In this document: positions 37,597 to 48,033 of the stretch, one piece after another | Position numbering within the stretch: the first letter of the stretch is position 1 | Layout of the letters: the number at the start of each line of letters is the position of its first letter | Assembly: GCA_022775805.1 (NCBI GenBank) | Contig: JALFKB010000102.1 | Span: forward strand, 1-62,349 | DNA: 62,349 bases | Origin: Clostridiales bacterium | GTDB taxonomy: Bacteria; Bacillota; Clostridia; Peptostreptococcales; Anaerovoracaceae | Direction: 5' to 3' | The notes under the pieces: model-generated | The model's input: only the letters and a program-made list of their open reading frames with translations | Database searches by the model: none | What the model was told of the DNA's origin: nothing | Translations under genes and position numbers: made by a program

Positions 37597-38510
37597 TCCT
37601 CTATATCCTCAAAGGCCCTTTCATCATTCAAGTATTCCGATAAATTGTACCATCTCATTTTATCATATCTTCTGAACCAAGTTAACTGTCTTTTCGCATA
37701 ATGCCTGGTGTTTTTCTTTATCAGCAGAATTGTCTCATCAAGGCTCATTCTTCCCTCAAGGTACTCGAATATTTCCTTGTATCCTATTCCCTTCATGGAA
37801 ATGTCTTCCTTATCAAGACCCATGTTCATAAGCTGGCGCACCTCATCCACAAGACCCATTTCCATAAGCTTGTCCACTCTTGAATTTATCCTCTCATAGA
37901 GAAGCTCTCTGTCCCTGGTAAGCCCCAGGAGAACAGCTTCAAACTCCTGTCGCTTCCTGCACACGCTGCTGAAGGGTCTGAGTGAAGACTCCCCGCTGTT
38001 CAGCCTCTCTAGGGCTCTGATAATCTTCTTGCGGTTGTTGGGATGTATATTCTCCGCCCCTACAGGATCCCTGGCCCTGAGCATATCATGCAAAACCGGG
38101 TCACCCTTTTCCTCCGCAAGCCTTTCCAGATAACTCCTGTATTCAGAATCCGCTCCCTCGCCGCCGAAATCCATATCGTAAAGGATTGAGTTAAGATAAA
38201 GTCCCGTACCGCCGGAGATTACCGGAAGCTTTCCCCGGGACAGTATGTCATGGATTGCCTCCAGAGCCAGCTTCTGATATTCAGCCGCCGAGAAGTTTTC
38301 CCGGGGATCCACAAAGTCAACCAGATGGTGAACGGCTCTATCTCTTTCCTCGGCAGTGGGCTTGGCACTTCCGATGTCCATGAACCTGTAAATCTGCATG
38401 GAGTCGCAGGATACAATTTCGCCGTTAAATGCATTACAGGCCCTTATGGCGTATTCTGTTTTTCCAACGGCTGTAGGGCCGGCAATCACAAGTACTTTGG
38501 CAGTATTCAT
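37575..38510 (-). CDS. miaA: tRNA dimethylallyltransferase
   Basis: GPTAVGKT, DSMQIY..MDIGSAKP, GGTGLY, TR.YAKRQ.TW. Confidence 0.97.
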   Translation of the reverse strand: MNTAKVLVIAGPTAVGKTEYAIRACNAFNGEIVSCDSMQIYRFMDIGSAKPTAEERDRAVHHLVDFVDPRENFSAAEYQKLALEAIHDILSRGKLPVISGGTGLYLNSILYDMDFGGEGADSEYRSYLERLAEEKGDPVLHDMLRARDPVGAENIHPNNRKKIIRALERLNSGESSLRPFSSVCRKRQEFEAVLLGLTRDRELLYERINSRVDKLMEMGLVDEVRQLMNMGLDKEDISMKGIGYKEIFEYLEGRMSLDETILLIKKNTRHYAKRQLTWFRRYDKMRWYNLSEYLNDERAFEDIEEWLRKKL

Positions 38511-38514
38511 AATC

Positions 38515-40359
38515 TCAGACTCTCTTGAACATCCTTTCTATTTCGTGCCTGGTCATTCTGATAAAAGTAGGTCTGCCGTGGGGACATGAGAAGGGATTGT
38601 CACAGCACTTAAGCTGTCTGAACAGTTCCCTGCTTTCCTCATCCGATAGCACATCCCCTGCCTTTACGGCCGATTTGCAGGAACGTCTGATTATCTTTTC
38701 CAGAACAGCCCTGTTTGTCAGATCAGGCTTTTGGGCGAATTCATCAAACAGATCCCTAAGAAAGCTCTCAGCTTCAGGCTGCTCCATGAAGGCAGGTATT
38801 TCTCTGACCAGATATGTATTATTTCCGAAGTATTCTACACTGTAACCCATTTCAGTAACACCGGTGATCCACATGTCCTCCGATGCCGTCACATCGGCAG
38901 AAACGCTGAAGCTCAGGGGAATGAGCATCTGCTGCATCATTTTATCCCGGGAATTGTAAAGGGACATCAGCTTTTCATAAAACACTCTCTCATGGGCTGC
39001 ATGCTGGTCGATTAGATAGAACACGTCCCCTGACTGTGCGGCAATATATGTGTTAAAGAGCGTTCCCACAAGCTCCAGTGAATCAAAATCAAAGGGTTTC
39101 GGTTTTTCTTCAGGAATAACAACATCCTGAACCCGGGTGCCGGAGCTTCGGCTTTCCCTTAAGTTAGACAATATATTATTTATGTCAAACTTTTCTTCTG
39201 TTCTCGGTGTCTCAGAGGCCTTTGACCTTTCGGAAGTTTCCTCCCCATTATATGATAATTCTCCATCTTTAATAGAATCCGGAGAAGTCTTTAACGAAGG
39301 TCTGCTGAAGGTTATCTGTTCACCGGATTCAGTTTTTTCTCTTTTCCTGCCGGTGCTGCGAATCTGAGGTATCGCCTCCTGTGACATCAATGCATCCCGG
39401 ACAGCCATCTGAACAAAGTCTTCAACCTCACCGTTATCATCAAACCTGATTTCTCGCTTTGTAGGGTGAATGTTAACATCCAGCTTCTCAGGGGGCATCG
39501 CCAGAAACAGGAAAGCCACAGGGAATCTGCCGGTAAAAAGCCTTTCGCTGTATGCCCTGTCAAGGGCCCGTTCCATCACCCCTGAGGCTACTATTCGTCC
39601 GTTGACGCAGAATACCTGACGGTTTCTTGAAGGCATTGATGTTCCCGGTCCCGATACGAAGCCCTTAAGGGTGAAGCCTTCGGCTGTTTTGTCAACGGGA
39701 ATCAGATCATTGCCGATATCAGCACCGTAAACACTTATTATCGCCGCTCTGATATCTCCCCTTCCGGGGGTGGTAAAGACATTTTTTGAACCGTTAATCA
39801 CGCTGAACCTGACATCCGGGTACGCCAGAGCTATTCTCGATGCGAAATCGATGATTCTCCTTGCCTCCGCTCCCTCTGAATTAAGAAATTTATATCTTGC
39901 AGGAACATTAAAGAACAAATCCTTAACGGTTATGGTGGTGCCGTCAGGACATCCGCAGACGCTGTTTTCAAGCACACTGCTGCCCTCAACCAGAAGGCGT
40001 TTTCCTGCCTTTGCATCTGCTCTCTTTGTTATCATTTCAACCCGGCTGACAGCGCAAATGCTGGCCAGAGCCTCTCCTCTGAAGCCAAGGGTTCCTATTG
40101 TTTCCAGATCCTGCTCACTTGTGATTTTGCTTGTGGCATGACGAAGAAAGGCTGTCTCCGCCTCATCACCCTCAATTCCGCATCCGTCATCGGTGATGCG
40201 TATGTATGAGCAGCCGCCCTCTCTGATTTCGATGGTTATTGATGAGGCTCCCGCGTCAAGGGAGTTTTCCACAAGCTCCTTTACTATGGACACAGGTCTG
40301 TCTATAACCTCACCTGCAGCAATCTTATCTGCAGTTTTCTTATCAAGAACTCTTATCAT
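38515..40359 (-). CDS. mutL: DNA mismatch repair endonuclease MutL
   Basis: KIAAGEVIDRP, ELVENSLDA, GFRGEAL, DQHAAHER, SCK, CPHGRP. Confidence 0.97.
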   Translation of the reverse strand: MIRVLDKKTADKIAAGEVIDRPVSIVKELVENSLDAGASSITIEIREGGCSYIRITDDGCGIEGDEAETAFLRHATSKITSEQDLETIGTLGFRGEALASICAVSRVEMITKRADAKAGKRLLVEGSSVLENSVCGCPDGTTITVKDLFFNVPARYKFLNSEGAEARRIIDFASRIALAYPDVRFSVINGSKNVFTTPGRGDIRAAIISVYGADIGNDLIPVDKTAEGFTLKGFVSGPGTSMPSRNRQVFCVNGRIVASGVMERALDRAYSERLFTGRFPVAFLFLAMPPEKLDVNIHPTKREIRFDDNGEVEDFVQMAVRDALMSQEAIPQIRSTGRKREKTESGEQITFSRPSLKTSPDSIKDGELSYNGEETSERSKASETPRTEEKFDINNILSNLRESRSSGTRVQDVVIPEEKPKPFDFDSLELVGTLFNTYIAAQSGDVFYLIDQHAAHERVFYEKLMSLYNSRDKMMQQMLIPLSFSVSADVTASEDMWITGVTEMGYSVEYFGNNTYLVREIPAFMEQPEAESFLRDLFDEFAQKPDLTNRAVLEKIIRRSCKSAVKAGDVLSDEESRELFRQLKCCDNPFSCPHGRPTFIRMTRHEIERMFKRV

Positions 40360-40376
40360 GGTATCAACAAAACACG

Positions 40377-43013
40377 TTAAATCATTGATTTTATCTCCTC
40401 CAGAAGCCGGAGGGCCTCGGAAGGTGTGGTGTTCATTAAATCTATATCTCTCAGGCGACATACAGCCTCATTTGGTAAACTGTCGAATATTGAAAGCTGC
40501 ACACCTGTATCCCGGGATTCTTCATGGCCTGATTTCTGATTGCTGCCGGCCATTGCTCCCGGATTCTTTTCATTTCCGCTGTTCAGTTCATCAAGATGAA
40601 TTGATGCGTTCTCAAGGAGCTCAGCCGGAGCCCCGGCAAGTTTCGCCACATGAATTCCGTAGGATCTGCTGGCGCTGCCCTCCACTATTTTGTGAAGGAA
40701 TACTATGTTTCCGTCGTCCTCGGAAACATCAACATTGAGATTTCTTGCGCCCTTGAGGGTTTCCTCCAGCACCGTCATCTCGTGATAGTGGGTGGCAAAT
40801 AGGGTTCTCATTCTCCTATCGGGACTGCACAGGTATTCAGCGGCAGCCCATGCAATTGACAGGCCGTCATAGGTGCTTGTGCCCCTGCCTATTTCATCAA
40901 GAATAACAAGTGATTTTGATGTGGCGGTGTTCAGTATATATGACAGCTCGCTCATTTCCACAAAGAAGGTACTCTGCCCCTGGGCAAGGTTATCCGAGGC
41001 ACCTATTCTTGTAAATATTTTGTCGCATATTCCGATATGGGCTTTTCTGGCGGGAACAAAGCAGCCAGCCTGGGCCATGAGAACAATGAGGGCCGTCTGT
41101 CGCATATATGTAGACTTGCCGGACATGTTCGGGCCGGTTATTATCATCAGACTCGACCCATCTCTGTCAAGGTAGGTGTCGTTGCTGACGAAAATGCCGT
41201 CTCTTATTGTGGTTTCGATTACCGGATGTCTTCCCTTTTCAATGGAAATCACATCCCCTCCGTCAATTTCAGGACGTCTGTAGTCGTTTTTCTCGGAAAC
41301 CTGTGCAAAGGCAGCAAGCACATCTACAGCAGCAATTGCGGCAGATGTTTTCTGTATTTCACCTATACGAAGCCGGAGCTGATCTCTCATTTCGCAGAAC
41401 AGATCGTACTCCAGTCTGTTTATTTCCGTTTCCGCATTGAGAACGAGTCTTTCCGTTTCCTTCAGCTCAGGTGTTATGAATCTCTCGCAGTTTACCAGAG
41501 TCTGCTTTCTGATATAGTCCTCAGGTATAAGGTCGTAATAGGATTTGGTAACCTCAAGATAGTAACCGAAAACCTTGTTGAATCCGACCTTAAGGTTCTT
41601 TATTCCTGTTCTCTCCCGCTCTGAACCCTCAAGGGAAGCTATCCAGTGCTGAGCATCTGCAATGGAAGCCTTGAGATCGTCGAGCTCACGGGAGAATCCC
41701 GGTTTAATGAGTCCACCCTCCTTTACTGTATAAGGGGGTTCATCAACTATGCCTCTGTCAATGATTTCAAATACGTCCTCAAGGGGGCTTATCATGTTAT
41801 GAAGCTCCGAAAGAAGGTTTCCTCCCAGGCTCTGGAGCTCGTATCTTATTTCAGGCAGAACACTGCAGGATTCCTTCAGGGCGATAAGATCCCTTCCGTT
41901 AGCCTTTCCCGTGGCTATTCGTCCTGCCAGCCGCTCGAAGTCGTAAACCTGCTTCAGGCACTCTCTGATATTGTTCCGCTGTATCGGATAATCCAGGAAA
42001 AGCTGAACTCCTTCAAGTCTGCCGTTAATCAGGTCAACATCCTTGAGAGGTTCCCTGAGCCACTGCTTCATCTTACGGCTTCCCATGGCCGTATTCGTCT
42101 TGTCCAGCACCCCCAGCAGTGAGCCCTGGAGCTTCTTTTCAAAGAGAGTTTCTGTAATTTCCAGATTCCTTATTGTGGACTTGTCCAGAGACATGTGCTG
42201 CTCCATGGAGTAAACACTCAGTTCTCTTATATGTGAAAGCTCATTTCTCTGGTTGTCATGGAGGTAAAGGAGCAATGCTCCCAGTGCGGATTCAGCCGCT
42301 GAACCCTCCTCTATCCCTATACCATGTAGGGCTCCCACCTTGAACTGTCTCAAAATGGCATCTCTTGCTGCTTCCTCTCTGTAGCAGAAGCTTCCTGCAA
42401 TATTAAAACAGGCCTCACAAATCGGCCTGATGTCTTCAATGTCAATGGCATCGGCAGTTTCCTCATTCATGATAACCTCTCTGGCGTTTATCTTCACCAG
42501 CTCGTTAACCAGGGCTTCACGCTTCCCCGGATTTGTTATTGAGGTCAGTCTGATTTCACCTGTGGAAACATCACAATAGGACAGCCCTATTGATTCACTG
42601 TCTGCAAATACCGATGCGATGTAGTTGTTCTCGTCTTCCTTCAGCATTCCGCTGCTGATTACCGTGCCTGGGGTTACAATCTGAATAACCTCTCTGCGCA
42701 CGATGCCCTTTGAAGCGGCAGGATCCTCAACCTGCTCGCAGATTGCGACCTTGTAGCCCTTTTCAATGAGCCTTCCAATATAGGTTTCTGCGGCATGGAA
42801 AGGGACTCCGCACATGGGAGCCCTTTCCTCTAAACCGCATTGTTTACCTGTAAGTGTCAGCTCAAGTTCCCTTGAAGCTGTTTCGGCATCATCAAAAAAC
42901 ATTTCATAGAAATCACCCAGCCTAAAGAACAGGATTGAATCCTGATGTTCCTTCTTAATATCAAGATACTGCTGCATCATGGGTGACAGCTTCGATTTTG
43001 CCTCTTTCTTCAT
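40377..43013 (-). CDS. mutS: DNA mismatch repair protein MutS
   Basis: PMMQQY, GDFYEMF, TGPNMSGKST, DEIGRGT, SYGIHVA. Confidence 0.98.
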   Translation of the reverse strand: MKKEAKSKLSPMMQQYLDIKKEHQDSILFFRLGDFYEMFFDDAETASRELELTLTGKQCGLEERAPMCGVPFHAAETYIGRLIEKGYKVAICEQVEDPAASKGIVRREVIQIVTPGTVISSGMLKEDENNYIASVFADSESIGLSYCDVSTGEIRLTSITNPGKREALVNELVKINAREVIMNEETADAIDIEDIRPICEACFNIAGSFCYREEAARDAILRQFKVGALHGIGIEEGSAAESALGALLLYLHDNQRNELSHIRELSVYSMEQHMSLDKSTIRNLEITETLFEKKLQGSLLGVLDKTNTAMGSRKMKQWLREPLKDVDLINGRLEGVQLFLDYPIQRNNIRECLKQVYDFERLAGRIATGKANGRDLIALKESCSVLPEIRYELQSLGGNLLSELHNMISPLEDVFEIIDRGIVDEPPYTVKEGGLIKPGFSRELDDLKASIADAQHWIASLEGSERERTGIKNLKVGFNKVFGYYLEVTKSYYDLIPEDYIRKQTLVNCERFITPELKETERLVLNAETEINRLEYDLFCEMRDQLRLRIGEIQKTSAAIAAVDVLAAFAQVSEKNDYRRPEIDGGDVISIEKGRHPVIETTIRDGIFVSNDTYLDRDGSSLMIITGPNMSGKSTYMRQTALIVLMAQAGCFVPARKAHIGICDKIFTRIGASDNLAQGQSTFFVEMSELSYILNTATSKSLVILDEIGRGTSTYDGLSIAWAAAEYLCSPDRRMRTLFATHYHEMTVLEETLKGARNLNVDVSEDDGNIVFLHKIVEGSASRSYGIHVAKLAGAPAELLENASIHLDELNSGNEKNPGAMAGSNQKSGHEESRDTGVQLSIFDSLPNEAVCRLRDIDLMNTTPSEALRLLEEIKSMI

Positions 43014-43016
43014 TCG

Positions 43017-44222
43017 TTATTTACCAAGTTTTTTGTTATATGCTTCAATTCCGAGTTTAATAAGTTCTGCGCCTCTTCTCATCTTGTCCGGAGTCAGTAC
43101 ATATGCAATACGCATTTCATTCTTGCCCAGGCCCGGTGTAGCATAGAATCCCGATGCAGGAGTGAACATTACTGTCTCGCCGTTATCATCAAATTCTGTA
43201 AGCATGAACATGAGAAAATCTTCAGTACTGTCAACAGGCAGCTTAGCTGTAAGATAGAATGCGCCGCCAGGCTTCTGGCATACAACACCCGGAATCTTTG
43301 AGATTTCTTCATATGCTGCATCTCTTCTTGCGCAGTATTCAGCCTTTGCTTCATCATAGTAGCTCTTGTCCAGTCTGTACAGAGCCGCTGCCCCAACCTG
43401 TTCAAGAGTAGGACAGCAGAGTCTTCCCTGAGCCAGCTTGAGGATCCCGCTCATAAGCTCCTTGTTCTTTGAAATAACAGCGCCTACTCTGGCACCGCAG
43501 GCAGAGTATCTCTTTGATACAGAATCAACAAGAATTACTCTGTCAGCAAGGTCTTCAAGCATACCAAAGGATGTAACCTCCCTGTCATCATAAGCAAATT
43601 CTCTGTATACTTCGTCGGAGATAATCCACAGATCGTGTTCCTTTGCTATCTCTCCTATCAGCTTCATTTCATCAAGAGTCAGAACTCTTCCGGTAGGATT
43701 TCCCGGGCTGATGCAGCAGATTGCCTTGGTGTTAGGTGTTATTGCTGCTTCAATGAGATCTCTCTTTGCCCATGCATATCCATCCTCAGCACTTGTTGTG
43801 AGCGGAACCAGCTTGCCGTTAACCTGATTGCAGAAAGTGTTGTAGTTTGTGTAGAATGGTTCAGCAATTAATGCCTCTTCTCCCGGATTCAGAAGAGAAG
43901 TGAAAATCAGAGTAAGAGCTTCCGATCCGCCATTTGTAATCAGAATGTCTTCTCTTTCATAGTTCATGTCATAAAGCTTCATGTAATCGATCATCGCATC
44001 CAGCAGTTCGGTAACGCCGCCTGATTCTGCATATGCGATTACCTTCTTGTCGAAATTGTTGATAGCTTCCTTGAAGCATTCAGGAGTTTCAACGTCAGGC
44101 TGACCGATGTTCAGTCTGTACACAGTCTTGCCGTTGGCTTCAGCTTCAAAGCCGTACTTGTTGAACTTTCTGATTGGTGAGAACTGCATGCTTGCGACTC
44201 TTTTTGCAATTTCCATTTCCAT
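43017..44222 (-). CDS. Class I/II PLP-dependent aminotransferase
   Basis: NIGQPD, PGNPTG, DEVY, SVSKRYSACGARVG. Confidence 0.92.
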   Translation of the reverse strand: MEMEIAKRVASMQFSPIRKFNKYGFEAEANGKTVYRLNIGQPDVETPECFKEAINNFDKKVIAYAESGGVTELLDAMIDYMKLYDMNYEREDILITNGGSEALTLIFTSLLNPGEEALIAEPFYTNYNTFCNQVNGKLVPLTTSAEDGYAWAKRDLIEAAITPNTKAICCISPGNPTGRVLTLDEMKLIGEIAKEHDLWIISDEVYREFAYDDREVTSFGMLEDLADRVILVDSVSKRYSACGARVGAVISKNKELMSGILKLAQGRLCCPTLEQVGAAALYRLDKSYYDEAKAEYCARRDAAYEEISKIPGVVCQKPGGAFYLTAKLPVDSTEDFLMFMLTEFDDNGETVMFTPASGFYATPGLGKNEMRIAYVLTPDKMRRGAELIKLGIEAYNKKLGK

Positions 44223-44280
44223 ATCCTCCTATTTTATTTAATAATACACAATTGGTTAAATTATATAAAAGCTGTCGCTT

Positions 44281-45072
44281 CTAATCCAGAGTTTTATGTG
44301 AATCATCAACAATTTTATTCACATCTACAGTATTATCGCACTTTTTCTTCTTCATGAAAAGAAGATATTCAATATTTCCCTTTGTTCCCGTTACCGGAGA
44401 ATATTCCAGTCCCCAGGAATAGAGTCCGTTTGCCTCTCCGTAGCCAATTACATTCTCTATTACCTGTCTGTGAACAGCAGGATCCCGTACAATACCCTTC
44501 TTGCCAACCTGATCCCTGCCGGCTTCGAACTGAGGCTTCACCAGACACACGAGACATCCCTCATCCGAAAGGAGTTCTGATGCCACAGGGAAAACAAGCC
44601 TGAGGGAAATGAAGGATACATCGATGCTGATAAAGTCCACATCCCTTCCTATCTCGTCAATGTCAAGGTACCTTACATTGCACTTTTCCATGTTTACCAC
44701 TCTGGGATCGTTTCTCAGCTTCCAGTCCAGCTGTCCGTAGCCTACATCAATGCAGTAAACCCTGGAGGCACCCCTCTGGAGCATGCAGTCGGTAAAGCCG
44801 CCGGTGGATGCTCCTATATCCACTGCCTTGGCGCCCTGAAGGCTGAAATTCCACGTATCAAGTGCTTTTTCAAGCTTAAGCCCCCCACGGCTCACATATG
44901 GACAAAGAACCTCCTTCAGGCTTATTTCGGACTCTTCATCCACGCTTGTACCGGGCTTGTCAATAACCTGACCGTCCACAAGTACAAGACCGGCCATTAT
45001 GCTTGTCTTGGCCTTTTCACGGGAATCAAACAATCCCTTTTCAGTTGTGAGAACATCTAATCTTTTTTTCAT
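44281..45072 (-). CDS. tlyA: TlyA family RNA methyltransferase
   Basis: RLD S4 domain, YVSRGGLKL, DIGASTGGFTD, DVSFISL, KPQFE. Confidence 0.95.
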   Translation of the reverse strand: MKKRLDVLTTEKGLFDSREKAKTSIMAGLVLVDGQVIDKPGTSVDEESEISLKEVLCPYVSRGGLKLEKALDTWNFSLQGAKAVDIGASTGGFTDCMLQRGASRVYCIDVGYGQLDWKLRNDPRVVNMEKCNVRYLDIDEIGRDVDFISIDVSFISLRLVFPVASELLSDEGCLVCLVKPQFEAGRDQVGKKGIVRDPAVHRQVIENVIGYGEANGLYSWGLEYSPVTGTKGNIEYLLFMKKKKCDNTVDVNKIVDDSHKTLD

Positions 45073-46934
45073 TTTCTTTTCAGTCTTTTTTCTATACAGG
45101 CTGCAATGCCCTCTCCGTCAAGTCCGTATTTGGCATAAAGCTGCTGCTGTGTGCCGTGTTCGATAAACCTGTCGGGCCAGCCGAGGTTTATCACCGATGC
45201 ATCCGAGCCGGACAGCAGTGCTGAGATGGATTCTCCTATTCCTCCGGAAATTACTCCATCCTCTACAGTTACTATTAACGGATATTTCTTTCCGGCAGCC
45301 CGGATTTTCTTCTCGTCAAGGGGCTTCAGCGATGCAAGGTTCACAACGCTGATGCTGTATCCCCTTTCCTTCAGTATCTCGGCTGCACTGATTGCCTGGG
45401 ATACCATGGATCCGGCTGCCCATATCTGGCATTGAGTTCCTCTCTTAACAGTTACGGCATTACCGGGCTGAGGTTCACAGCTGCCCTTCAGCTTATGTCC
45501 TGTACCCCTTGGATACCTGATGGCGCAGGGACCCTCAAGAGTAAGGGACAGCTCAAGCATTTTCTCAAGCTCTTCAGGCTCTGAAGGTGCCAGTACAGTC
45601 ATGTTAGGCATTGACTTCAGATATGAGATATCGAAGATTCCGTGATGGGTCTCTCCGTCTGCACCAACTACACCTGCTCTGTCTATGCAGAAGGTAATTG
45701 GCAGATTTTGAAGACATACATCCTCGATTATCTGGTCGTATGCTCTCTGAAGGAATGATGAATATATTGCCACATATGGTCTGAGTCCCGCCTTTGCCAT
45801 GCCTGCACTGAAGGTTACGGCATGCTCCTCGGCAATGCCCACATCAAAAATACGTTTTGGATAGGAACTTCTGAATCCTTCAAGACCCACACCTGAAACC
45901 ATGGCGGCGCTGACTGCAACAATGCGGTTGTCCCTGCCTGCCATTTGAGTAAGCTTCCTGCCAAAGACTTCAGAATATGATTCACCCTTGGACTTTGATG
46001 TCGGCTTGCCTGTCTCAACATCAAATGCGCCGATACCGTGAAAAACATCAGGATTTTCTTCCGCCTTTGAATAGCCCTTGCCTTTGCGGGTTACGGCGTG
46101 TATGAGAACAGGACCCTTTATGCTTTTGGCATGTTCCAGAGTTTCACACATTTCCTTAATATTATGACCGTCCACCGGGCCTATGTACTTGAAGCCCAGT
46201 TCTTCAAAGAGAATTCCGTCTATAACCGCATATTTTATATTTTCCTTGGCGTTGTGAATTCCGGAAATCATGCTCTCTCCGATTACGGGAACCTTGGAGA
46301 ATCCCTTCTTAACCTGGGTCTTCATGTGAATGTACTTGTCTGTGCTTGTAATTCTTCCCAGTGATCTTGACAGGCCTCCCGTATTCGGTGAAATGGACAT
46401 GCCGTTATCGTTAAGAACCACAATGAAGTTAGTGTTCATGTTTCCGGCATTGTTAAGGGCTTCGTAGGCTATGCCCCCTGTCATGGCACCGTCTCCGATT
46501 ACTGAAACCACCTTATAGTCTTCACCCTTCATGTCCCTGGCAGCAGCAAGTCCCAGACCCAGAGAAAGAGATGTGCTGCTGTGACCTGTATCAAACAGGT
46601 CGTACTCGCTTTCGGAGGTTTTAGGGAAGCCGCTCATGCCTCCAAGCTGTCTGAGATTCTCAAAGCCCTCCATCCTGCCTGTGAGAATCTTGTGGACATA
46701 GGTCTGATGACCCACATCCCAGACAATTTTGTCCTCCGGTGTATTGAAGCACCTGTGAAGTGCTATTGTCAGCTCAACAATTCCCAGATTTGATGCAAGA
46801 TGTCCTCCTGTCCTGGAAACGGAATCAACCAGGAAGTCTCTGAGCTCATATGAAAGAAGTTCGAGCTCATCGTAACTCATCTCTCTTAACTCATCCGGGA
46901 AAACGTGTGAGGCTATGTATTTGTTCATGTTCAA
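45069..46934 (-). CDS. dxs: 1-deoxy-D-xylulose-5-phosphate synthase
   Basis: GGHLASNLG, WDVGHQ.Y.HK, GDGAMTGG, DRAG..G.DG.THHG. Confidence 0.97.
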   Translation of the reverse strand: MNMNKYIASHVFPDELREMSYDELELLSYELRDFLVDSVSRTGGHLASNLGIVELTIALHRCFNTPEDKIVWDVGHQTYVHKILTGRMEGFENLRQLGGMSGFPKTSESEYDLFDTGHSSTSLSLGLGLAAARDMKGEDYKVVSVIGDGAMTGGIAYEALNNAGNMNTNFIVVLNDNGMSISPNTGGLSRSLGRITSTDKYIHMKTQVKKGFSKVPVIGESMISGIHNAKENIKYAVIDGILFEELGFKYIGPVDGHNIKEMCETLEHAKSIKGPVLIHAVTRKGKGYSKAEENPDVFHGIGAFDVETGKPTSKSKGESYSEVFGRKLTQMAGRDNRIVAVSAAMVSGVGLEGFRSSYPKRIFDVGIAEEHAVTFSAGMAKAGLRPYVAIYSSFLQRAYDQIIEDVCLQNLPITFCIDRAGVVGADGETHHGIFDISYLKSMPNMTVLAPSEPEELEKMLELSLTLEGPCAIRYPRGTGHKLKGSCEPQPGNAVTVKRGTQCQIWAAGSMVSQAISAAEILKERGYSISVVNLASLKPLDEKKIRAAGKKYPLIVTVEDGVISGGIGESISALLSGSDASVINLGWPDRFIEHGTQQQLYAKYGLDGEGIAACIEKRLKRK

Positions 46935-46951
46935 CCTCGATTTCCAGTTAT

Positions 46952-47848
46952 CTATTTGCTTCTTGTAGCAAGATCCTTCGCAAGCTGAACAAATAGTTCG
47001 GCATTGTCATAATAATCTGCTAAAGCGTTAATTGCTGCATCTGTCAGTTCTCTCAGTCTTGCCTTTGATTCCTCAAGACCGTATACCTCAGGGTAGGTTG
47101 CCTTTTTCTTTTCTGCATCTGCCCCGGTTTTCTTTCCCATCTCCTCTTCACTGCCTTCAATGTCCAAAATGTCGTCGCATATCTGAAAAGCCAGCCCAAG
47201 GTTCTCGGCATAAACGGAAAGATCCTCCAGTTCCTTCTCGCTGCAGCCTCCCAGCATTGCACCTGAACGTACAGAAGCCCTTATGAGGTCCGCAGTTTTT
47301 GTTATGTGAATATAATCGAGAAGCTCCTTTGAGCAGTTCTTGTCCTCGGCTTCTATGTCGGCAATCTGTCCTGCCACCATTCCCTTAACTCCGGAGCCCT
47401 TCACAATTTCAAGGCCCGCTCTGATTCTTCTCTTAAGCGCATCGGGATCATCGAAGTAAAGGAGCATGTCCTTGTAGATTACTTCATAGGCAACAGACTG
47501 GAGTCCGTCTCCGGCAAGGGTTGCAACTGCTTCACCGTATACCTTGTGGTTAGTTGGTATTCCTCTCCTCAGATCATCGTCATCCATGCATGGCAGATCG
47601 TCATGGATCAGGGAATATGTATGGATGTATTCAATCGCACAGGCATATGGCAGCGCCTCCGCAACCTTGCCGCCGCAAAAGTCACAGGCAGCCATAAGAA
47701 GAACAGGCCTGATTCTCTTGCCTCCTGCATTGATACTGTATTTCATGGATTCATAAAGAGTTATGCTCTTCTGGTCAACATCCGGAATGAAATCCGTAAG
47801 ATGTTCCTCAAGCATGTTTCTGTAATCAGCAAATGTCAGATCGTTCAT
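46952..47848 (-). CDS. ispA: Polyprenyl (farnesyl) diphosphate synthase
   Basis: GGKRIRP, HDDLPCMDDDDLRRG, FQI.DDILD. ATGA overlap with xseB. Confidence 0.95.
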   Translation of the reverse strand: MNDLTFADYRNMLEEHLTDFIPDVDQKSITLYESMKYSINAGGKRIRPVLLMAACDFCGGKVAEALPYACAIEYIHTYSLIHDDLPCMDDDDLRRGIPTNHKVYGEAVATLAGDGLQSVAYEVIYKDMLLYFDDPDALKRRIRAGLEIVKGSGVKGMVAGQIADIEAEDKNCSKELLDYIHITKTADLIRASVRSGAMLGGCSEKELEDLSVYAENLGLAFQICDDILDIEGSEEEMGKKTGADAEKKKATYPEVYGLEESKARLRELTDAAINALADYYDNAELFVQLAKDLATRSK

Positions 47849-48033
47849 TTTGTAAGCACCTCGACTTTCTGTTCTGCCTCCTTGAGTATCCTGCTGCATT
47901 CCTTGTAATGCTTCAGCCCCTCCTGATAGTTGTTTATGGCCTCCTCCAGGGATGTATCCTGAGACTTCAGCTTCTCTGAAGCGGCCTCAAGCTTCTTGAG
48001 GGATTCTTCAAATGTTGTTTTCTTTTCGCTCAT
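47845..48033 (-). CDS. xseB: Exonuclease VII small subunit
   Basis: FEESL..LE....L......LEEAI..Y.EG......C...L..AEQKV. Confidence 0.93.
   Translation of the reverse strand: MSEKKTTFEESLKKLEAASEKLKSQDTSLEEAINNYQEGLKHYKECSRILKEAEQKVEVLTK

Noticed and set aside
40360-40461. Long N-terminal extensions from the ORF track (mutL; likewise mnmA, ispA, O-methyltransferase, mltG, leuS, ireB)
   Set aside because: They overlap upstream genes or promoters. Downstream starts fit the family N-termini and in most cases have an RBS.
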